From: Zygnema circumcarinatum SAG 698-1b | Taxonomy: Eukaryota > Plantae > Zygnematophyceae | Length of the DNA stretch: 64,000 nt | Reading direction: 5' to 3' | Assembly: GCA_037447605.1 (NCBI GenBank) | Contig: CM074814.1 | Location: 1,240,001-1,304,000 of the forward strand | Shown: piece after piece, positions 56,801 to 64,000 of the stretch | Position numbering within the stretch: position 1 is the stretch's first letter | Layout: the number at the start of each line of letters is the position of its first letter | Notes under the pieces: model-generated | The model's input: only the letters and a program-made list of their open reading frames with translations | The model's database searches: none | Told to the model about the DNA's origin: nothing | Program-made: the position numbers and the translations under genes

Positions 56801-58670
56801 TTCTATTTGGGCTGACCTTCCTTGCGGATTTCCATGACAAAACCAGAAGCAAGTGGCATGCAAGCAAGCTCTCTATAACGAGACATTGACGATGTCAGTC
56901 CTCTTACCCCCCTTCCTCCGAGTATCCCTGCGGGGACCAATCAATGCTGCGAGCTGCAACTTTGACCTCCATCCTTAGACGGCTCGCCAACAGAGAAGGA
57001 TTCCTCAAGTCTGCGAGAAGCAGGAGCAGCTCCCTCTCCCTCAGTAGCTAACCTTCACCCTACAGCAAACCATCAGCATTCTCGGCAACAGAAGAGGAGG
57101 ACAAAATACCATCTATGGAAGTAATGTGCACCAAATTCTACAAAATAAGAGCAGAAGAAGAGAAGGGCCTTACCATACTGACTGACAGGGCCTATTGGCA
57201 GATTCGGGCTCGCCTTGCAATGTATGTATCCCCGAGGCCCTTTCAGAGATGCAGGATTCTGTTGTATTACCAGCCAGAAATCCCTGTCAGTTGTTCGTCT
57301 CGGCGATACGTTTGAGAGAGAGGGACGGGGAGAGAGGAAGAGGGCGAGGCAGAGGAAGAGAGAAACAGGGGGGGAGAGACGGACAGCGAGAGAGAGGGGG
57401 GAGAGGGAGAGGGAGAGGGAAAGCGAGAGCAAGAGCGAGAGGAGAGCGAAAGGGAGAGCGAGAGGGAGAGGAGAGGAGAGGGAGAGGAGGAAGAGGAGGG
57501 AGAGGGAGAGGGAGAGGGCGAGGGAGAGGGAGCGGGAGAGGGAGCGGGAGAGGGAGCGGAGAGGGGAGAGGGAGAGGGAGAGGGAGAGGGAGAGGAGAGA
57601 GAGGGAGAGGGAGAGGGAGAGGGAGAGGGAGAGGGAGAGGAGAGGGAGAGGAGAGGAGAGGGAGAGGGAGAGGGAGAGGGAGAGGAGAGGGAGAGGGAGA
57701 GGGAGAGGGAGAGGGAGAGGGAGGGAGAGGGAGAGGGAGAGGGAGAGGGAGAGGAGAGGGAGAGGAGAGGGAGAGGGAGGGAGAGGGAGAGGGAGAGGGA
57801 GAGGGAGAGGGAGAGGGAGAGGAGAGAGGGAGAGGGAGAGGGAGAGGGAGAGGGAGAGGGAGAGGGAGAGGGAGAGGAGAGGGAGAGGGAGAGGGAGAGG
57901 GAGAGGAGAGGGAGAGGGAGAGGGAGGGAGAGGGAGAGGGAGAGGGAGAGGGAGAGGGAGAGGGAGAGGGAGAGGGAGAGGGAGTGGGAGAGGGAGAGGA
58001 GAGGGAGAGGAGAGGGAGAGGAGAGGGAGAGGAGAGGGAGAGGAGAGGGAGAGGAGAGGGAGAGGGAGAGGGAGAGGGAGAGGGAGAGGGAGAGGGAGAG
58101 GGAGAGGGAGAGGGAGAGGGAGAGGAGAGGGAGAGGGAGAGGAGAGGGAGGGAGAGGGAGAGGAGAGGGAGAGGGAGAGGGAGAGGGAGAGGGAGAGGGC
58201 GAGGGCGAGGGCGAGGAGAGGGCGAGGAGAGGGAGAGGGAGAGGGAGAGGGAGAGGGAGAGGGAGAGGAGAGGGAGAGGAGAGGGAGAGGGAGAGGGAGA
58301 GGAGAGGGAGAGGGAGAGGGAGAGGGAGAGGGAGAGGGAGAGGGAGAGGGAGAGGGAGAGTGGGAGAGGGAGAGGGAGAGGGAGAGGGAGAGGGAGAGGG
58401 AGGGAGAGGGAGAGGGAGAGGGAGAGGGAGAGGGAGAGTGGGAGAGGGAGAGGGAGAGGGAGAGGAGAGGGAGAGGGAGAGGAGAGGGAGAGGGAGGGGG
58501 AGAGGTCTCACAAAGATGGTGACAAGATGGCCGGCCGCCACTGCAAGTAGATTCTCCTCAGACCAGCGCACAGCAGAGGGAAAAAGCGGTGAAGAAACGA
58601 GAGACACAGAGCTCGCAGGGCGCCCGCCATGTCCGTGGTTGGCATCCATTCCTCGCTTGCAGTCCTCCAT
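50833..58670 (-). CDS. GTF3C4: General transcription factor IIIC subunit 4 (TFIIIC90/delta)-like WD40 protein with C-terminal zf-TFIIIC (At3g49400-like)
   Basis: Exon 1 (58670-58512) [33 protein letters not shown], exon 2 [12 protein letters not shown], then [29 protein letters not shown]...EWVE, LAVAWSP...[24 protein letters not shown]...LLTGSADG and last exon CSLCG...[14 protein letters not shown]...WCCACC...[10 protein letters not shown]. Internal exons were only partly traced; the TFIIIC90 label is by family recall. Confidence 0.85.
52363..52543. repeat. (GGGA/GGAA)n tract in a TFIIIC90-like intron, spanning an N gap (52399-52408)
   Basis: Homopurine tetranucleotide run on +, pyrimidine on the gene's sense strand. 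Confidence 0.9.
57314..58505. repeat. ~1.19-kb (GAGAGG)n homopurine array filling intron 1 of the TFIIIC90-like gene
   Basis: Hexamer GGAGAG with GGAGA variants, lying between the donor at 58511 and the acceptor near 57259. Confidence 0.96.
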
Positions 58671-58685
58671 GGCTGCCAGCTCTAG

Positions 58686-58714
58686 CCCTAACCCTAACCC
58701 TAACCCTAACCCTG
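58686..58714. repeat. Telomere-type (CCCTAA)4 array, read as (TTAGGG)n on the TFIIIC90-like sense strand
   Basis: CCCTAA x4 (58686-58709) plus CCCTGA, 16 nt upstream of ATG 58670. Confidence 0.9.
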
Positions 58715-58830
58715 ACACGTACAGCCATTTCCAGTTACCGTTCAACTGCGAAGTCTCTGCTCTGTCCCGCGCTGTACGGTCCGGTCCCAGTCACTGTACG
58801 GACGGTGTCAAGATTCTCACGGGTCAAGCA

Positions 58831-58940
58831 CGCCACGTGGCGCATCCTGGGCTCCTTTAAGATTTGGAAGATCTCTCGCAGTGTGAACACCTCGCTTGTC
58901 GTTTATTGGACGAGGTAGAGCGGGGTGCCACGTGGCGCAT
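58831..58940. promoter_or_regulatory. Paired palindromic G-boxes (GCCACGTGGC) in the TFIIIC90/ELL-like divergent promoter
   Basis: The 14-mer GCCACGTGGCGCAT occurs at 58832-58845 and 58927-58940. Confidence 0.6.
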
Positions 58941-59350
58941 TTTGAGACGGCGACCGCCTTGACCGACGGGTGCATGGAACGTCGCGCTTGTTCCAATATT
59001 ACGCTGACTGTTAACGGCGGCATGGATCGGGGGATGGGTGAAGGAAGGCATGCCCTTGGCCACCACCTCAGAGCCTGTCCCTCTCTGCTCTCTGCAGGGC
59101 GGGGAAGGGGAAGGGGGCGGCCATGGATGGCCCCTGCAGGGCGGGGCGGGGACTTTCTGTTCGCCGGGGAGAGCTTCAACATCATTCTGACCTTTTATCA
59201 ATTTTAAGCTAAACCTGACCCTAATTGTGGAGCAGAAAGTGGTTGTAAGGCTAAACCTAGAGCAGCTCTCATATGCAGCCCAGCTCAGGAATGGCGCCCA
59301 TGAGTGAGTGCTAGTAGTCATAATAAGCTTGAAGAGGGAAGCATTTGAAA

Positions 59351-62300
59351 ATGAAGAAGACAGCATCCAAGATGCTTGGACGGGGGGTTGGGCGAGGCCG
59401 CATGAAGGCAGTGCCAACTGTCTCTGCGACGCCACTTTCTGTTAGGAGGGAAGTGGTGAAGAAGGCTGTTGCAGTGCCAGGGGTGGCCTTGCCGGAGGTA
59501 GACGAGTCATTTGAGCTGCGGCCTCCTTCTCCAAACCGAAAGGTTGCATTTGCTATGACCATCAAGCTGTCAGACGCACTCAAGGAAGTTCTGAACAATG
59601 CAGAACTGGAAGGTATTCAGCCGGAAATCAAGTTTGGCATCGATAATGTGAGAAACCGTGAACTGGTCAAGCTACTTAGGCGTATGTTGCGCTTGTTGTT
59701 GTTAGGATGACTGTTTTGACTGCACCCCAGGTTTCTGGGTGCACTAGTTTTGCAACAGTGCTACATTCAGAAAACGTGTGGGTTCAGCTCAGGACCTCTC
59801 AAAAGGAACACGGTTCAACCATATTTGACTCAACAGCGTAGTTGTTGCTGAAGAGGGAGAACATCAATTCACATTGAGGTTCTGTCGTTGCAGGTTATCA
59901 GAGTCGGATCAATGGAGTTCAAGCTGACTTCCAATCCAGAAGCAGGGACAGGGCTTTGCGACTGCTACATGGATGAGCAGCTCAGGGCAGACGGTGTAGA
60001 TGGAGTCTTATCTCATGTGGGCTCAGTCGCCCGCAAGCTCTCCGTGCAGCGGCTTCTTGATGATTCAGAGAAGGCGAAATGGAAGCAGCGGTCGGAGGAG
60101 GTTGATAAATCCCAAAAAGGCCGAAAGTAAGTGATTCACTGTTTCAACTTCGTATTGAGATGAAGGTGCAGAATAGCTTCCGATCCCTCACTTGTAATGT
60201 TTCCGCCTCATTCGTTTCAAGCAAGCCCTCTGCACCAAGCAACCAAAGGGTTTTATTCACGTACGGACTCTTCAGAGTTATCAAACGCTGACCAGGAGAC
60301 GACTTTCTTTACTCAATGCATGTTGCCCGAATCGGCTGTCACTTTCAATGCACTGAAATGAAGTTCTTATGCCTGCGCAGAGTCATGGTGTTCGACCCGA
60401 AGAATCCAGGCTTAGATGGTAAGAACACTGTAGCCCTTGTACTCGTCCTACATTTGAAGAGCACCATTGGTGGACAGAAAACCCAGTGGCTCGTTGCATA
60501 CATCCGTGTCGTTTCCATACTCTTGTAGAGAGATCTTGTATCTAGAAGTTGAAGATTCTCCATCCTTGACATGGGATTTACTAATGTCAGAGGGCCCATG
60601 CATTGGAAAAACTCTTATTCTCGACAACCGATTAAGTTGAGCAAACATTCATGCATGCGGGAAGTGGCAAACATGAGGAAGACAAGCATTAGCGGCTCGC
60701 TCAAGTGGGTTAGGCAAGCGTGTTGCAAACAATGACTCGGTTCAAGAATGCACGTAAGGAAGTTGAGCAGATATAGGCTGAAGATGGTCTTTCAAAGGAG
60801 AATAGCAAGCATTTGCAGAAAGGGTTCATGATGTAGACAAACATCAGTTCAATTGGATATTGTGCGGATAGTCCTTGCAAATTACAGAAGGGAGTGAAAT
60901 TATTCAAGTGTCCTTCATCTAGAGTTCAGCATGTAAAGAGCAGCAGTAAGCATGGGCTGTTCTTAAGATTTATTTCGTAAGTTATCTATGTTGTTAGGAT
61001 ATGGTCAAGTGGCATCATCAATCCATTCCCTCGAATGGTTTACTGAAGGACTGCTTTGGGCTCATTGGTGGGTTCGGTCAGCCTCGCAGGCACAACTCAA
61101 CAAAAAGAGGAAAATCACAATGATTCCTTCTGGTAACAGGCCTCCGCACCGACCTTAGTTGACCCTGTGACTCTGAAACATTTGAACATCTCCAGAGGAA
61201 CTGAGGGACGTTAGACTTCCCCTGAATCTGCTGTGTTTAACTTCATTCTTTCTGTTGTTTTCAGCCCCTCCCGCAGTTCGGCCAAAAGTGATGCCAATTG
61301 CCAAACCTATACCTCGTACAGTGCCGGCCCCTCGGCCTCCTTCTATTCAGCCTGCCCAAAAGCCAATGAGGGAGCCCTCATCATCTGTTGCTGCATCCAC
61401 TGTCCCCTCTCCACCTATACGTGCTGCTTCTCCTACCGCTCCACCTCCCTCTTCTGCTCCCACTCCTATTCCTTCCACTGTTCCCGCTTCCATTTCTGCT
61501 CCAATTCCCACTACTGCTCGTGCTCCCTCTCCCGCTGCTTCTGTTCGAGCAACGGGAAAAGAGAAGGCTGTCAGTCCTCGCAGTGGAGCCAATAGTCCTG
61601 CAGAAGGCGGAGCAGGCCAAGTCAGGAAGGCTTCTCTTTTGCCACCAATAAGTGCTGTAGAGCTGCGAGCTCAGCTTCTGAAAATACTTTCAGAAAATCC
61701 GAGGGGCATGAAGCCAAAGGTGAGATAATGTATACGATGCAATGCAATGTGTGGTCTTTACGTATGCATGAGTCACATAGAACTTCAGATCGGTGGAACT
61801 CTAGACTACTGCTGCTGTTGTCGTCGACTCTATGGCCTGTGAAAGTTTGAATTGTGGGTCTATGGAACAGGCACTGGAGAAGGCCATGGGAAGAGAATTT
61901 CATCAGATGGAGCGTGTTGTGAAGCAGGTAAGCAGTCCGCATGCGTCGTATCGTGACTAGTCCTCAAAAAGATCATAAGCTCGCTCTCGAAATGTATTGC
62001 CCTGGAATGGCCTTTGGGAATCCATCTTCCTATTATTGCCAAATTGACTTTGAGACCTTATGTACTTGAGTGACAATTTGTTGAACCTTACAATGCCTTT
62101 CTGTTTGTCTCTTGCAGATTGCAGAATACAAGGCACCTGGGCTTTGGAGGTTATCACAGAATTCCCAGCAGGGTTCAGCTCCTAAGACTTCCACTACGAA
62201 CGCGAGGTTGGATCATGCCCCAGCATTTCCATTCCATTGAAAAAGACTAGTATATGTGACATCTTACCGAGCATATTCAGACCTTCCTTCTATCATGTTC

Positions 62301-64000
62301 GCATAAAATTCATTCTGTTTTAAGGCCAACTTCTTCTATTTGGTGGGTCTGTGATGCAGTTCTCCAGATAGTGTGGTGGAATCACCTCCCCTCGCTGCAG
62401 AGTCCCCTGCAGTTCAGATCACCACAACTCCCGAGAAGGCTCCAAAACCTGTTCTTAACTTAAGCCTTAAGGTTCATGGGGCAGACCTCTCTAAACTGCC
62501 TACCCCTCGTTTTGCGAATGTCGATAATGGGGTAGATAATGGTAAGGGGGTTCTCGATGGAAAGGTGAAAAGTAACAGAGAAGCCAAGGAGTCTGAGAAG
62601 GATGGTGTCCCCCAAAAACAAGCTGCGGATGTGTTTGGTAAGGCTTCGCCAACAGGTGGGAGAGGGAAGGAAGGGAGGCAAGGGGGTAGAGTCCTCCCAC
62701 CATCTGAGCAAGGCAAGAAGACAGTTGAGCGGCCCAAGGATGATGGTCAGAGTGGGGGAGAGAAGCCAAAGCAGGTACGGAGTAGCAGTAAACAACAGAG
62801 TGTGGAATTACAGCAAAAGAGTCCAGAGGGGCCTGTCAATGTACAGAGTTTGCAGAATGGGATCGTTGCAGGTGAAGAGAAGACGGTACGGGATGAAAGT
62901 GTTAATGAGAGCGCAAGCAGTGGAGGGAGTGGTAGTGAGAGTGAGAGTGAGAGTGGGAGTGAGAGTGGGAGTGAAAGTAGTGAGAGTGGCAGTGGAAGCG
63001 ATTCAGAAAGTGAAGGTAGCAGCAGTTCAAGTGGGGAAGAGGAGGATGAGGTAGATGTTGACATTGACATTGACAGTGATGGAGAGGGAGGAGGTGGAAA
63101 GGGCAAAGGCAGAGAAGGAAAGGCTGCTTTGTTGTCACAGAGCACGGATATGAAGTTGAGCCATGAAGTCAAAGCACAGTCAGCGGAAGTGAAGTTGCCA
63201 AGATCTGATTCAAGAGATGCAAGGTCTGGTGAAGGAGGCAGAGAAGGGAAGAAAGAGAAGAAAGAAGGAGAGAAGGCAAGGCATAAGCATAAGGAGCCTT
63301 TCAACCGTGTGGAGAATAATGAGGTTATTGAGGCTAGGCACGTTGATATTCGAGAGGAGGATTCTATCAGTGGGAAAAGTGGTGATAAAATGGAATTGCC
63401 TGAAATAAAGCAAGGGCAAGGGATAGAAGATAGGTCTGGTTTTGAGATAATAGGGCTTGGTATGATGGACGAAGGGACTGAGATGGATCAGGTAGGCACT
63501 GGGTTAGGAATACCTGGGGGTTCATCATGTATGAAGGAGAATGTAAAGGACGAGTCTGTAGAGCTTATTGCTGAAACGATGCAGGCCTCCATTCGAAAGG
63601 AAACTCATAGAGAAAAAAGGCGAGCTGAAAGGGGTCCAGGAAGTGAGAGAGCAGAGAAGAGGGAGAAGGTCGATCGAGGTGATGCGACTGAGGGATTGGA
63701 AATGGTGGAGAAGGTGGAGAGGTCAAAGAGCATAAAAAAAGGGGAGAGAGAGCACAAACGCAAAGAGAGACACGTAGGTCAAGAAGCGGAGAAAAAGAAA
63801 GGACGAGAGAATCATGCAGGAAGAGTTCACGGCAAGGACAAACTTCAAGTCCTTCCAGAATCGAGGAAGGTGGATCTTGACGACAGTGAGACTATGGCAG
63901 ATGATTTTATGCAAGATGAGTTGTTAAGTCCTTTGGTAGAGGAAAATAGGGGAGAGCCTGAGAAAGGTACAGCGAGAGAGCTGAAAACCGTGAGCATTGA
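59351..64000 (+). CDS. ELL/occludin-homology-domain protein ('dentin sialophosphoprotein-related', At3g21290-like; putative Pol II elongation factor), 3'-truncated by the window end
   Basis: Exon 59351-59647 MKKTASKMLGRGVGRG...VAFAMTIKLSDALKE...IKF, exon 59894-60126 VIRVGSMEFK...LCDCY...VARKLSVQRLLD...RSEE, then VMVFDPKNP, ELRAQLLKILSENPRGMKPK, and a long Ser/Glu-rich exon (SGSESESGSES...EEEDEVDVDIDIDSD) open to the window end. The occludin/ELL domain itself lies beyond the window. Confidence 0.8.

Noticed and set aside
57195-58745. 435-492-aa RG/RE/SP-repeat ORFs resembling RGG or SR proteins
   Set aside because: They lie in TFIIIC90 intron 1, bounded by good splice sites whose flanking exons join in frame (VTIF/NPAS).

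Overview
Eukaryotic, intron-rich nuclear DNA from a green plant. The taxon is an inference: a non-flowering streptophyte, possibly a zygnematophyte alga, judged from gene content, short introns and abundant GA/CT microsatellites. Most long ORFs in the supplied track are exon fragments or low-complexity artefacts, so gene models were rebuilt by hand from GT-AG splice sites and protein-family recognition from memory (no database search). In order, the window holds: a head-to-head pair of half-size ABCA transporters (ABCA7-type on -, ABCA2/9-type on +); an AHL/HAL2-like PAP phosphatase; the AP-1 sigma subunit; a ~20-kb nested LTR-retrotransposon island; a PAS-domain B2 Raf-like kinase; and a second head-to-head pair, a TFIIIC90/GTF3C4-like gene (-) and an ELL/occludin-domain gene (+, running off the window). 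The island contains two Ty3/gypsy chromovirus copies, two Ty1/copia fragments and a solo LTR with a 5-bp TSD. The most interesting items are: a degenerate, spliced HIT4-like (heat-induced chromatin de-silencing factor) gene fragment inside the island; a (TTAGGG)4 G-quadruplex-type array just upstream of the TFIIIC90 ATG; the divergent ABCA pair with a dense GTAC (SBP-box) cluster; and a palindromic double-TGACGT element in three LTRs. The island looks like noisy, partly polished long-read consensus (N gaps, many indels), so frameshifts and junctions there are not fully trustworthy. No rRNA, tRNA or CRISPR features were seen.
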